Shown one piece after another: positions 1 to 9,759 of a stretch of DNA of 32,000 bases. Source of the stretch: Nitrosopumilus ureiphilus (lineage in GTDB: Archaea; Thermoproteota; Nitrososphaeria; Nitrososphaerales; Nitrosopumilaceae); contig NZ_CP026995.1 in the NCBI RefSeq assembly GCF_013407185.1, forward strand, positions 340,841 to 372,840, read 5' to 3'. The position numbers and the translations under genes are program-made. The first letter of the stretch is position 1, and every line of letters begins with the position of its first letter. The notes beneath the pieces are model-generated. The model was not told where the DNA came from. It searched no databases and was given only the letters and a program-made list of their open reading frames with translations.

Positions 1-27
1 AATGGTCTTTTGGTTTAAAAATAAATA

Positions 28-546
28 TTGATGCTCATAATCTATAGTATGCAAGTAATTCTTAGACAACTAGGAGATTGCAATATTAGAAGAGCAGAAC
101 CAAGCGATCTTATTTCTGTGATGGAAATTAATCTGAAAACCCTTCCAGAACATTACTCTGATTATTTCTATGAAAGCCTGCTGGCAGAGCTTCCTGAGGC
201 GTTCATTGTTGCAGAAATTGGAGGAAAACACGTTGGTTATATTATGTGTAAAACTGAATACGGGTTTTCAAATTTTAAAAAATTAGGGTTTGTTAAAAAA
301 GGTCATGTGGTTTCTATTGCAGTTCTTGATGAATTTAGAAAAAAAGGTATTGGGAGAGCACTTGTAGAAGAATCCGTTAATGGCGTAAAATTAAGAAAGT
401 GTGATGAATTCTATTTGGAAGTTAGATGTAGTAATAACGAAGCTGTTAGACTGTATGAAAAACTAGGATTTGTTATTAGACAACAACTAAACGCCTATTA
501 TCGAGATGGCGAAGATGCATATCTTATGGCAATTGAATTAGATTAG
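28..546 (+). CDS. GNAT-family N-acetyltransferase (RimI/Ard1-like)
   Basis: 172-aa ORF with the acetyl-CoA binding motif 'RKKGIGRAL' (Q/RxxGxG/A) and a GNAT-like layout. The start is ambiguous: TTG at 28, ATG at 31 or 49. Confidence 0.8.
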   Translation: MMLIIYSMQVILRQLGDCNIRRAEPSDLISVMEINLKTLPEHYSDYFYESLLAELPEAFIVAEIGGKHVGYIMCKTEYGFSNFKKLGFVKKGHVVSIAVLDEFRKKGIGRALVEESVNGVKLRKCDEFYLEVRCSNNEAVRLYEKLGFVIRQQLNAYYRDGEDAYLMAIELD

Positions 547-583
547 TTCAAACCAATAAATAACTCTCAAAAAATTCTCCGCC

Positions 584-802
584 ATGGATAAGCGTAAAGG
601 GATGGGCATTACAATTTTTGTGCTTTGCATTGGTAGCTTTTTTCTTTATGCATATTTGTTAATGCTCTCTGAATGGAGTCCAATTGTATTGCAATTATCT
701 GTGTTAATGATTGCAGGGGGAATTCTTGGAGTAATTGCATGGATTGGATATGTTATGGCAACAACAAAACTTTCGTCAGCATCAATTACCTCTGAAGATT
801 AG
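584..802 (+). CDS. Small membrane protein, two predicted TM helices, unknown function
   Basis: 72-aa ORF with two long hydrophobic stretches, tightly packed between flanking genes. Confidence 0.45.
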   Translation: MDKRKGMGITIFVLCIGSFFLYAYLLMLSEWSPIVLQLSVLMIAGGILGVIAWIGYVMATTKLSSASITSED

Positions 803-1639
803 CTATTTGGAAATTTTTACATCAACTACTGTTTGATAATATCTTGGACCTACTGCCCTTACAATTTTTGAACTTAGAATTTCTGATTTGACTGGTGTGA
901 CTTGAAGGTAGTGTGCTTCTGATAGTTTTCCAGCTTCTGATTTTTTATCAGCGTGAATATGTGAATAATAATGAATTGTTCCGCCATTTTTAGTTGTACT
1001 GATTGCAGATTCTAAAAATTCATCAGATCTTTCTGGTAATAACATCAATGTTCTATCTGATTTGTTCTCTAACTGTTCTTTGATAATTTTTGATGCATCT
1101 CCATTAATTGATATTACTTTTCCTGCTAGTTTGTTTAATTCTATGTTTTTTTCACACAGTTTTGAGGCAACTGGATTGATATCCAAACTATATACAGTAC
1201 ATTTTTTCTTTTTTGCAGCCATTATTGAAAACATTCCAACTCCTGCAAACATGTTGGTCACAATTTCTCCCTCCTGAATCAAATTTGCAATTCTTTCCCT
1301 TTCTGTTGAAAGTCTAGGTGAAAAAAATGCCTTTTCAACGTCAACTATGAATTTACATCCAAATTCTTTGTATTCTGTCTCAGTATTGTCTTCTCCTGCT
1401 AGGATCTCCAAATTTCTTGTACGAAAATCTCCTTCCACATCTGATGCTTGATAGTATACACTTCGGGCAATTTTTACTTCATTTAGCAAAGTTTCACCAA
1501 TGATTTTCTTCTTTGGTAACAAGGTGTCTGGAATTCTTACAATAATTATGTCTCCAATTTGATCAAATGCTGAGATCAAATCCTCACTTTCTTTTTCAGA
1601 AAGCACACTTGCAAGTGCTTTTTTTAGCATCCGAGTCAA
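803..1639 (-). CDS. SAM-dependent tRNA methyltransferase of the Trm5/Taw2 (Met-10+) family
   Basis: 278 aa. Has the family-typical 'FFSPRLSTERERI' motif, the SAM-binding 'NMFAGVGMFSI', and 'SLDINP'. Confidence 0.75.
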   Translation of the reverse strand: MTRMLKKALASVLSEKESEDLISAFDQIGDIIIVRIPDTLLPKKKIIGETLLNEVKIARSVYYQASDVEGDFRTRNLEILAGEDNTETEYKEFGCKFIVDVEKAFFSPRLSTERERIANLIQEGEIVTNMFAGVGMFSIMAAKKKKCTVYSLDINPVASKLCEKNIELNKLAGKVISINGDASKIIKEQLENKSDRTLMLLPERSDEFLESAISTTKNGGTIHYYSHIHADKKSEAGKLSEAHYLQVTPVKSEILSSKIVRAVGPRYYQTVVDVKISK

Positions 1640-1743
1640 TGCTTGTAATAAAAATTAAGGCGAATAAATATTCTAGATAACCTCATTTTTGGCACTTTTT
1701 TGAAAAATTCCAAATGATTTTGAATATGTAATGTTGATTTACT

Positions 1744-2166
1744 TTAACTTTTATTTCTTACAATAATGTAAAAACTGGAAAGAGACATCCCTGACAGAAT
1801 AACAATTGCCAAAATTAGTGGCATTGGGTTTGTTCTTTCAGTTGTGATTAATTGTTTGTTTTCTGCTTCATCTAATTCAATGAATTTGCATATGTTACTG
1901 TCAATGAAATGTGTATCATTTTGCCATGATGATAATAAATCAAGGCAGAGTTGATCGGGTTCGGGATATTTGTTAATTTTATTTACACATGCACAATCAG
2001 AAAACACTCTTTCAAGTTGACTTTGTGTATTTTGTGATTCATATAATTGCTCCAAAGAATGATGATGAAATAAAACTATCCCAACTGCAATAACGGTCAA
2101 AATTATACCAATAATAATAACTAGATTTGTTTTATTCACCTTTGTGATATTCATTAATGCATACAT
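1744..2166 (-). CDS. Hypothetical membrane protein (N- and C-terminal TM helices, Cys-containing middle)
   Basis: 140-aa ORF with a hydrophobic helix at each end. No recognisable catalytic motif. Confidence 0.45.
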   Translation of the reverse strand: MYALMNITKVNKTNLVIIIGIILTVIAVGIVLFHHHSLEQLYESQNTQSQLERVFSDCACVNKINKYPEPDQLCLDLLSSWQNDTHFIDSNICKFIELDEAENKQLITTERTNPMPLILAIVILSGMSLSSFYIIVRNKS

Positions 2167-2294
2167 TATACTTTAGGCCAGACTTTAGGATGCTGTTTCG
2201 CTGATGGGACATGGTCAGATGAGTTGACAACCCTTGTACAGTCTCAATATATCACACAGGCAATACTGCAATCAGAATTTATCTGGAGATTTGA

Positions 2295-2477
2295 TCATTT
2301 TTTCTTAGGTAGAAATGAGGTTGGATCCAATTTAAAAAAATCTTTTATCAATTTTAGATAAATTTCCTGTGTTTCATATCGAATCAATTTTTCTTCAGTA
2401 TTGGAATCCGCTAATTTTTTATCTACTAACATCTTAATTACTTGCAAATACTGTTCATGTTCTTCTTTGTTGATCAT
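2295..2477 (-). CDS. Hypothetical small protein
   Basis: 60-aa charged, helical-looking ORF. ORF evidence only. Confidence 0.3.
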   Translation of the reverse strand: MINKEEHEQYLQVIKMLVDKKLADSNTEEKLIRYETQEIYLKLIKDFFKLDPTSFLPKKK

Positions 2478-2497
2478 GATAAAAAAAAGAAATGGTG

Positions 2498-2950
2498 CTA
2501 TATTACAGCTACCAAGGTGTAACCACCCATATCTTGATTTGCCTCATAGTCAGCATTAACATACACAACATACAATCCAGCCTTTATTGTGCCACAAAGT
2601 ATGGTATATGATGTTGTTGGATTTGTGATTAGATTACCAACACATCCAGATCCATCTCCTGTGTGTTGAATATTCAGAAACACATTGTTTTGCCAATGAA
2701 ACGTGTTACAGTTTGGGGAAGTACCGCTTGTTACTATTGATGGAAAACTCTGTTGGATTGGTATTGTACTAAATCCATTAGTCAAAGTTCCTTTGTAGTT
2801 TGCGGTTTCAGCACCACCATCACATCCAGATCTAACAATATTGATGTTAAACTGAGATCCTGACTGTCTCGTCGCTGTGAGACCTGACATAGACCGAGTC
2901 CAAAAAGTCCTGCACTGGTTTGTCCATGTCATATATGACGTATATGTCAT
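2498..2950 (-). CDS. Hypothetical protein, Cys/Thr/Gly-rich
   Basis: 150-aa ORF whose composition is unlike the antisense shadow ORFs. No motif recognised. Confidence 0.4.
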   Translation of the reverse strand: MTYTSYMTWTNQCRTFWTRSMSGLTATRQSGSQFNINIVRSGCDGGAETANYKGTLTNGFSTIPIQQSFPSIVTSGTSPNCNTFHWQNNVFLNIQHTGDGSGCVGNLITNPTTSYTILCGTIKAGLYVVYVNADYEANQDMGGYTLVAVI

Positions 2951-2971
2951 ACATATGGTTACCAGTAGTTT

Positions 2972-4759
2972 TTAGTGTTTGTAATAGAAATTTCCAGATG
3001 TTTTCTGATCTTTATCTAATCTACTCTCTAGTTTGTTCACACGAGGTCTGAGACTCCTTTCATCTCTTCTAAATGAGATGTCAAGGGATTTTAGAAATCT
3101 GTTCATTGCTTCGGCCTTTCGCATTGGAGTCGTAGCTCTTCCTGCAACTCCTGATTCTCCCTCAAAAATTACTATTGAATCTGAAATTAAATCCATCAAC
3201 TGCAAATCATGATCAATAATTATTGCTGATTTTCCAAAAGAACGAACAAATTTCTGAATGAATTTTGCAACTGCAATTCTGTCTTCGACATCTAAAAATG
3301 CTGATGGTTCATCTAAGGCATACAAATCTACTTTTTGTAATAAACAAGACGCAACTGCAACCTTTTGCAATTCTCCTCCTGAAAGATTTTTGATAGATTT
3401 ATTGTATAGTTTTTTGATTTTTAGTGGTTCTAGTATTTGTTCTTCTTCCATACTTCCTTCTACTGGATTGCCATTTGCTTTATCTAATACTGATATGACT
3501 TCTACATCAATGTCATTTTGAAGATATTGAGGTTTGTATGCAATCTTGATTTTTTTATTAATGCTTCCTGAATCTGGACTTTCAACTCCTGCAATCATCT
3601 TCATCATGGTTGTTTTACCTAGAGCATTTGCTCCCATTATGCCTAGAACTTCGCCTTTTCTTACTTCCCCTGCTTCAATTGTCACTGAAAATGTCGGATA
3701 TTTTTTTACTAATTTTGGATATGTGACAATTGTGCTTCCTTCTTCAAAAATATCTGTAGTAGATGATGATACATCAAAAGAAAATTTCTTGTCTCTAAAT
3801 CTTACATTTTCATTTGGCAGATAACCATCAAGAAAGACATTGATTCCAATTTTTGTAGATAGTATAGTTGAAACAATTCCATACGCCCCAGGTTCACCAT
3901 ATAGAACTTCGATATAGTCACTAAGAAAATCAAGCAATGTAAGATCATGTTCTACAACCATCACACTCTTTCCAATTTTTGCCAAGTTCTGAATTACGCG
4001 AGCAACACCTGTTCTTTGAAAAACGTCATTGTATGATGATGGTTCATCAAAGAAATAAAATTCTGCATCTTTTGATGCAGCAGCAGCTACTGCAATTCTT
4101 TGTAACTCCCCTCCGCTTAATTCCTTTAGATTCTGTTCCATGGAATTTTCCAATCCTAATTCTTTGATTAACTCTCTTGAAACTCCTCTTTCATCATACT
4201 TGTCGAGAAGTTCCTTTCCTGTTCCATCAAATGCCTGTGCAATATGATGAACCTGTTGTGGTTTTATTGATGCACGAATTTGCTTTTGCTCAATTTTTTC
4301 AAAATGCTGTTTAAGTTCAGTTCCACTATAATGCTTTAAGATTTCATTCCACTCTGGTGGATTTTCATATCTTCCAAGGTTTGGTTTTAAATTCCCTGAT
4401 AGAATATTGACTACAGTACTTTTCCCCATGCCATTTCTTCCTAATAGTCCTACCACTTCGCCTTTTTTTGGAGTAGGTAATTTGAATAATCTAAATGAAT
4501 TTGCTCCATATTGGTGTATTTTATCTGTAGCCAACTCACTTGCTAGATTTACAATAGTTATTGCATCAAAGGGGCATACTTTGACACATATTCCACATCC
4601 ATTACAGATGTCTTCATCTATCTGGGCTTTCTTTGATTCCTCATTTAGAACAATACATTCTGCTCCTGATTTGTTAACTGGGCAGTATTTGATGCACTCC
4701 AAACCACATTTTTTTGGTTGGCATAGGTCTTGATCTAAAACGGCTACCCTGTGAGTCAT
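2972..4759 (-). CDS. abce1: ABCE1 / RNase L inhibitor-type ribosome recycling ATPase
   Basis: N-terminal double 4Fe-4S Cys clusters ('CGLECIKYCP', 'CNGCGICVKVCP'). Two ABC domains with Walker A 'GRNGMGKST' and 'GANALGKTT' and signatures 'LSGGELQR' and 'LSGGELQK'. Start is placed at the ATG at 4757-4759 ('MTHRVAVLDQDLC'). The track's 35-codon extension to 4864 runs into the 5S rRNA. Confidence 0.9.
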   Translation of the reverse strand: MTHRVAVLDQDLCQPKKCGLECIKYCPVNKSGAECIVLNEESKKAQIDEDICNGCGICVKVCPFDAITIVNLASELATDKIHQYGANSFRLFKLPTPKKGEVVGLLGRNGMGKSTVVNILSGNLKPNLGRYENPPEWNEILKHYSGTELKQHFEKIEQKQIRASIKPQQVHHIAQAFDGTGKELLDKYDERGVSRELIKELGLENSMEQNLKELSGGELQRIAVAAAASKDAEFYFFDEPSSYNDVFQRTGVARVIQNLAKIGKSVMVVEHDLTLLDFLSDYIEVLYGEPGAYGIVSTILSTKIGINVFLDGYLPNENVRFRDKKFSFDVSSSTTDIFEEGSTIVTYPKLVKKYPTFSVTIEAGEVRKGEVLGIMGANALGKTTMMKMIAGVESPDSGSINKKIKIAYKPQYLQNDIDVEVISVLDKANGNPVEGSMEEEQILEPLKIKKLYNKSIKNLSGGELQKVAVASCLLQKVDLYALDEPSAFLDVEDRIAVAKFIQKFVRSFGKSAIIIDHDLQLMDLISDSIVIFEGESGVAGRATTPMRKAEAMNRFLKSLDISFRRDERSLRPRVNKLESRLDKDQKTSGNFYYKH

Positions 4760-4855
4760 GTTGTAATCCCGTATTTTCTTTGCTTTATACCTATTTTGAG
4801 CGTATTTGAAATCCGGCGTTACGTTAATAGATGAGAATTCAGCATCATTTTTCAA

Positions 4856-4968
4856 GCCGGCCATAGCGTTAGGGTGCGACCCAATCCCATTCCGAACTTG
4901 GAAGTCAAACCTGACGTCGCTGTTGTGCTACTAAAATGCGAGAGCCTTTGGGAAGCAACAGTGCTGGC
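4856..4968 (+). rRNA. 5S ribosomal RNA (ends +/- ~5 nt)
   Basis: 'GCCGGCCATAGCG...CCCATTCCGAACTTGGAAGTCAAAC...GTGCTGGC'. The terminal helix I pairs GCCGGC with GCTGGC (one G-U). The helix III/loop C consensus is present, and a T-run follows. Confidence 0.8.
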
Positions 4969-5026
4969 ATTTTCTAATTTACAATCAATCTTTTAATATC
5001 CAATTATCTGAAATGACGTGATTTCT

Positions 5027-5155
5027 ATGACAAATTGTACCGTATGCGGTGAATTCTTTTCAGATGATATTCGATTTTTAAATCATATGATGGAAAAACA
5101 TGGTTTTAGAAATCCAAATGTGGGAACACCTGATAGAAATAGTAGAGGCTACTAA
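5027..5155 (+). CDS. Small C2H2 zinc-finger protein (42 aa, below ORF-track cutoff)
   Basis: My translation is 'MTNCTVCGEFFSDDIRFLNHMMEKHGFRNPNVGTPDRNSRGY'. It has classic C-x2-C-x12-H-x4-H spacing. Confidence 0.5.
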   Translation: MTNCTVCGEFFSDDIRFLNHMMEKHGFRNPNVGTPDRNSRGY

Positions 5156-5157
5156 TT

Positions 5158-6630
5158 CTACAATTTTTGTAAATAATCTAAAATTAATCTTACACCAAAA
5201 CCTGTTGCCCCTTTTGGATTGTATGATTTTTCCTTAGTAGCTGTCTGAGTCCATGCCACTCCTGCAATATCAAAGTGTATCCATGGTGTATCAGTAATTG
5301 CATTTCTCAAAAATGCTGCAGCCGTGATAGTTCCCGCAGCTCTGCCTATTCCTACATTTTTCATATCTGCAACATCTGATTTTATCATGTCCATATAATC
5401 TTGATTGAGTGGAAGTTCCCAAACTTCCTCGCTTGTATTCTTTGAGGCATCATTGATCTTCTTTGTTAACTTTTTATTGTTTGATATTATTGCTGCAACA
5501 TTTGTTCCTAATGCTACAATGCATGCACCTGTCAGAGTTGCAAAATCAATCATTGCCTTTGGTGAATATTGCTTTTCTCCATATGATAACGCATCAGCTA
5601 AAATCAATCTACCTTCTGCATCTGTATTTAGAATTTCTGCAGTTTTTCCACCATACAATTTTATGATGTCTCCAGGTCTGTATGATTCCCCACCAGGCAT
5701 GTTTTCAACTGAAGGAATAATTCCTACAACATTGATTGGTAATTTTAATTCTGAAACTGCTTTCATTATACCTAGAACTGTACACCCACCACATTTGTCA
5801 AATTTCATTTCATCCATTTTATCTCCAGGTTTCAATGAAATTCCTCCTGTGTCAAATGTCACAGCTTTGCCAACTAGAACAATGGGTTTTTCATTTCTTG
5901 GTCCATTACTGTGTTCTAAAACAATTAGTTTAGGTTCATTTTTACTTCCCTGTCCTACTGCTGAAATTCCGCCAAAACCTTTCTTTTTTAATTCAAGTTT
6001 CGAAATGATATGGCATTTCATTTTATTCTTTTTTGAAACCATTTTTGCAAAATTTGCTAAAGTAGTTGGAGTACATTCGTTTGGAGGTAAATTTGCAATA
6101 CTTTTAGTAAATATTGTGCCATCTGCAACAATTTCAGAAGTTCTGATGGTCTTTGAAATGTTGTTTGATTTAGAAACGATGATTGTAAGATCTGGTGTCT
6201 TCTCTGCTTTTTCTGACTTGAATTTATCGAATTTGTATAGGGCCATTTTGGAGCCTTCCACAATCTGAGAAATCGATGAAATTGATTCACTTACAAAACT
6301 TGGAGGGAAAATTATTGAAAATTCTTTCAACTTTAACTCTCGTGCTTTTTGTGCGATTTTCCCTGAAACATATCTTATAGTGTCATTTGTCAGATCTTCT
6401 TTTTTTCCTAATCCTGCAAGAAGAATTCTGTGGGCATATTTGTCTCCTGGAGATGGGATTATGTTCAGTTTTCCCAACTTTCCATCCATATCTTTTAGAG
6501 ATTGATTAATTGATGATGCTGTTTTTCCATCGATTTTTGTTAATCCTAAGACTTTGTTTGAATTTTCTAAGACGAATCCACAAAGAAGTTCTGTTTTCTT
6601 TTTTATAGAACTTTCAGTTTTTATTTTCAT
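5158..6630 (-). CDS. pepA: Leucyl aminopeptidase (M17 family)
   Basis: 490 aa with M17 signature 'NTDAEGRLILADAL' and 'VGKAVTFDTGGISLKP'. Confidence 0.9.
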   Translation of the reverse strand: MKIKTESSIKKKTELLCGFVLENSNKVLGLTKIDGKTASSINQSLKDMDGKLGKLNIIPSPGDKYAHRILLAGLGKKEDLTNDTIRYVSGKIAQKARELKLKEFSIIFPPSFVSESISSISQIVEGSKMALYKFDKFKSEKAEKTPDLTIIVSKSNNISKTIRTSEIVADGTIFTKSIANLPPNECTPTTLANFAKMVSKKNKMKCHIISKLELKKKGFGGISAVGQGSKNEPKLIVLEHSNGPRNEKPIVLVGKAVTFDTGGISLKPGDKMDEMKFDKCGGCTVLGIMKAVSELKLPINVVGIIPSVENMPGGESYRPGDIIKLYGGKTAEILNTDAEGRLILADALSYGEKQYSPKAMIDFATLTGACIVALGTNVAAIISNNKKLTKKINDASKNTSEEVWELPLNQDYMDMIKSDVADMKNVGIGRAAGTITAAAFLRNAITDTPWIHFDIAGVAWTQTATKEKSYNPKGATGFGVRLILDYLQKL

Positions 6631-6666
6631 TGTAATTGATAGTTTTTAAAGTGTTATTTAGATTTA

Positions 6667-7044
6667 CTAGAAATCAATTTTTTTGCTATTAGTTAGCAAA
6701 CTAGATGATCTGAGAAAAACTGCTTTGACAGTTTTGCAGTCTTGTCCACAATTATCGTCAATTTTACTTGAAATAAATTTTTTTGTTCTTTTAGAAAAAA
6801 ATGATTTGAATAAAGGAACTAATGCTGCCCTTCCTCCATATGCTCTTTTTTCATCAATGAACCAGAACATATCCAACGCAGACTCATCTAGAATGTCGTC
6901 TCTTATCTTTTTTCCAAAATCTGAATAATGACCTATCATTGTAATTTTACCTCTTGCAAAAAATTCAACAACTTTTGCAAATTTCACACACAAGTAACAT
7001 TGATTATCAAAAACTACAATTGGTGTGTTTTCTTTAATTTCCAT
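6667..7044 (-). CDS. DCC-type thiol-disulfide oxidoreductase-like protein (DUF393-like)
   Basis: 125 aa with N-terminal 'VVFDNQCYLC' (DxxCxxC-type redox motif) typical of that family. Confidence 0.5.
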   Translation of the reverse strand: MEIKENTPIVVFDNQCYLCVKFAKVVEFFARGKITMIGHYSDFGKKIRDDILDESALDMFWFIDEKRAYGGRAALVPLFKSFFSKRTKKFISSKIDDNCGQDCKTVKAVFLRSSSLLTNSKKIDF

Positions 7045-7120
7045 ATAATTACATAATCCCGATCAAATTAAAATATTGCAGAAGTAGATTTTTATTCAAT
7101 TTACAAAGATAACGTTCGAG

Positions 7121-8788
7121 ATGGGACTTAATTATTATCAAATAAAGAAAAACATTCTAAGAGCCAGAAAATTGGTGATTAAGGCAACCAACGCTGCAGG
7201 TTCTGGCCATCCTGGTGGTTCCTTCTCAATGGCAGAAATCATGGGATGCTTATTTAACAAATATTTGAAATTTGATCCTCAAAACCCTCAATGGGAAGAC
7301 CGGGATCGTCTGGTTCTTTCTAAAGGTCATGCAGCTCCCGGCTTATTTTCAAACATGGCAGTAGCCGGTTATTTTCCAGAATCTGAACTTGAAACTCTAA
7401 GAAAATTTGGCAGTAAATTGCAGGGACATCCTGATCTCAAATGTCCTGGTGTAGAATTTTGTGGAGGTTCATTGGGAACTGGATTATCATACTCTATTGG
7501 AATTGCACTTGCAGCAAAAATTGATTCTAAAGATTACCATGTTTACACGATAATTGGGGATGGAGAATCAGATGAAGGTCAAGTTTGGGAGGCTGCGATG
7601 ACTGCTGCAAAATACAAAGTTGATAATCTCACTGCTTTTCTTGATCGAAATTTCATTCAACAAGATTCTTACACTGAAAAAATTATGCCGCTTGATGAAA
7701 AATTAGAAGGTGACGATCTTTCTGAAATGTGGAAAGATGCATCACGTTGGAAGATAGGTGATAAATGGAGATCTTTTGGTTGGAATGTAATTGAAATTGA
7801 TGGTCATAGAGTTGAACAAATCAACGCTGCAATAGCTAAGGCTAATGCAACAAAAGGAGTCCCTACAATGATAATTTCTAGAACAATAAAGGGCAAGTCT
7901 GTTGAACATATGGAAGATAATCCACAATGGCATGGTAAAGCTCCTGACTCTGACGTCGTTCCAATCATTAATCTTGAATTGGATTCTCAATTCATGATTG
8001 CACCATCAATTATTGCAGGAGATATGACAAATTTGGAAAATGAAATTAAAAGATGCGTGTCTGGTAGAGCAGACTATATTCATCTTGATGTAATGGATGG
8101 CCGATTTGTACCGACCAAAACTTTTGATCATAATAAAATCAAAGAACTAAGATCTCTGACTGTAATTCCATTTGATTCTCACTTGATGATTAATGAACCT
8201 GTAAAACATGTTAAGGATTACATTGATGCAGGTAGTGACATTATAACAGTACATGCTGAAGTAACAGATGAATCTAGTTTCGGGGAAATTCATGATTTAC
8301 TAAAACAAAATCAAGTTGGTGTGGGGTTTGCAATAAACCCTGACACTGAATTACCTGAATGGTCTTACAAATTCCTATCCTCACTTGATCAACTAATTGT
8401 GATGTCAGTTGTACCCGGAAAATCCGGCCAAAAATACATTGAAGAAACACACACAAAGATGACTAGATTGAACTCTGTTCTCAAAGAACACAATTTCTCA
8501 GGTTACATTGAGGCTGATGGTGGAGTAAGTCTTGAAAATATTGGTTCAGTATTTGCAGATGGTGCACGTGTATTTGTTGGAGGTGGGGCAATTATAGGAC
8601 AACAAGATGTGCGAACGGCTATAAGAGATTTTAGAACTGAGATTTTAAAATCTAGAAGACGTATTTTGCTTGATAAAGCAAATGAGTTGGGTGGTGGTGA
8701 TTTGGTGAGAAAATGGATTGGTTTGCATGTCGTAGGAGAAAAACAAGATCAAATTCAAAAAATTGCACAGGAGGCCGGATATCTTTGA
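7121..8788 (+). CDS. Fusion protein: transketolase N-terminal (TPP-binding) subunit + ribulose-phosphate 3-epimerase
   Basis: Residues 1-~285 carry transketolase-N motifs 'HPGGSFS', 'SKGHAAP' and 'GDGESDEGQVWEA'. From M292 (nt 7994) there is a complete Rpe-like TIM barrel with 'HLDVMDGRFVP', 'MSVVPGKSGQ' and 'EADGGV'. No stop lies between the two parts. Confidence 0.85.
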   Translation: MGLNYYQIKKNILRARKLVIKATNAAGSGHPGGSFSMAEIMGCLFNKYLKFDPQNPQWEDRDRLVLSKGHAAPGLFSNMAVAGYFPESELETLRKFGSKLQGHPDLKCPGVEFCGGSLGTGLSYSIGIALAAKIDSKDYHVYTIIGDGESDEGQVWEAAMTAAKYKVDNLTAFLDRNFIQQDSYTEKIMPLDEKLEGDDLSEMWKDASRWKIGDKWRSFGWNVIEIDGHRVEQINAAIAKANATKGVPTMIISRTIKGKSVEHMEDNPQWHGKAPDSDVVPIINLELDSQFMIAPSIIAGDMTNLENEIKRCVSGRADYIHLDVMDGRFVPTKTFDHNKIKELRSLTVIPFDSHLMINEPVKHVKDYIDAGSDIITVHAEVTDESSFGEIHDLLKQNQVGVGFAINPDTELPEWSYKFLSSLDQLIVMSVVPGKSGQKYIEETHTKMTRLNSVLKEHNFSGYIEADGGVSLENIGSVFADGARVFVGGGAIIGQQDVRTAIRDFRTEILKSRRRILLDKANELGGGDLVRKWIGLHVVGEKQDQIQKIAQEAGYL

Positions 8789-8799
8789 ATGATCCAGTA

Positions 8800-9759
8800 A
8801 TGACTGACATGCGTTCAGAATATTCAAAATCACTAGTGCATCTTGGAAAAGAAAATCCAAACGTTGTAGTTTTAGGCGCTGATACGACTGATTCTCTGAA
8901 AACTTCTGCTTTTGGAAAGGAGTTTCCTGATAGATTTTTCAATGTGGGGATTGCTGAAGCAAATCTAGTTACAATTTCTGCCGGATTGGCAGCTTCCGGA
9001 AAGATCTCTTTTGCAAGTACATATGCTATTTTTTTACCAGGAAGGGCAGTTGATCAAATTCGAAATAACATTGCATATCCCTCTCCGCCTGGTAAAAAGG
9101 GTCTAAATGTAAAATTAGTTTCATCACATGGTGGTTTATCTGTTGGACCTGATGGGGGCTCTCATCAGCAAATAGAAGATATTGCAATTATGAGAGCAAT
9201 TCCAAATTTCAGAGTTTTAATTCCTGCTGACACTGTTGCAGTTTCTAAATTAACTCAATTGATGGCAAAAGAATATGGTCCATTTTACATGAGAATGGCA
9301 AGATCTAAAACTCCATTAGTTCATTCAGAATCTCAAGATTTCCAAATTGGAAAAGGTATAACACTACGAGATGGCTCTGACTGTACTATTGCATCTTGTG
9401 GAATTACAGTCCGAATGGCTTTAGAGGCCGCTGATTCATTGCAACAGGAAGGTATCTCTTGTAGAGTTTTGGATATGTTTTCAATAAAACCAATTGATAA
9501 TGAGCTATTAGAAAAAGCCGCACGAGAAACAGGCTGCATTGTAACTACTGAAGAGCATAATGTCTTCGCTGGAATGGGCTCTGCAGTTGCAGAATCTGTT
9601 TCTGAATCTTATCCTGTTCGTATAAAGAGAATTGGTGCTCAAGATATGTTTGGGGAATCTGCTAGGGATAACGAGGTTCCTTTGCTCTTGGAAAAACACG
9701 GAATAACATCTTTTAATATAGCAAAACAAGTCAAAGAAATTAGGAGCAAAAAATTATGA
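8800..9759 (+). CDS. Transketolase C-terminal (pyrimidine-binding) subunit
   Basis: Motifs 'FNVGIAEANLV' and 'SHGGLSVGPDGGSHQ'. Start is placed at ATG 8800 ('MTDMRSEYSK'). An in-frame TTG at 8785 overlapping the upstream stop is an alternative start. Confidence 0.85.
   Translation: MTDMRSEYSKSLVHLGKENPNVVVLGADTTDSLKTSAFGKEFPDRFFNVGIAEANLVTISAGLAASGKISFASTYAIFLPGRAVDQIRNNIAYPSPPGKKGLNVKLVSSHGGLSVGPDGGSHQQIEDIAIMRAIPNFRVLIPADTVAVSKLTQLMAKEYGPFYMRMARSKTPLVHSESQDFQIGKGITLRDGSDCTIASCGITVRMALEAADSLQQEGISCRVLDMFSIKPIDNELLEKAARETGCIVTTEEHNVFAGMGSAVAESVSESYPVRIKRIGAQDMFGESARDNEVPLLLEKHGITSFNIAKQVKEIRSKKL

Noticed and set aside
2167-2294. A relatively G+C-richer intergenic stretch with 'CTGATGG...CAGATGAG' motifs, considered as a C/D-box sRNA or other ncRNA.
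   Set aside because: The box C/D', C'/D spacing and the canonical RUGAUGA/CUGA boxes are not satisfied on either strand.
3258-4733. Plus-strand ORFs (3258-3521, 3534-3824, 3979-4167, 4407-4733) inside the ABCE1 gene.
   Set aside because: These are antisense shadow ORFs of a strongly supported minus-strand gene, with low-complexity Ser/Phe/Leu-rich translations. The same applies to 5405-6268, 5463-5666, 5736-5933 and 6057-6290 within pepA, and to similar antisense ORFs in tkt, rad50, polB and others.
8713-8799. The track start at 8713 for the transketolase C-subunit ('MDWFACRRRKTRSNSKNCTGG...').
   Set aside because: This stretch overlaps the 3' end of the upstream fusion gene in another frame and has an implausible composition. 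Homologues start near 'MTDMRSEYSK' (8800).
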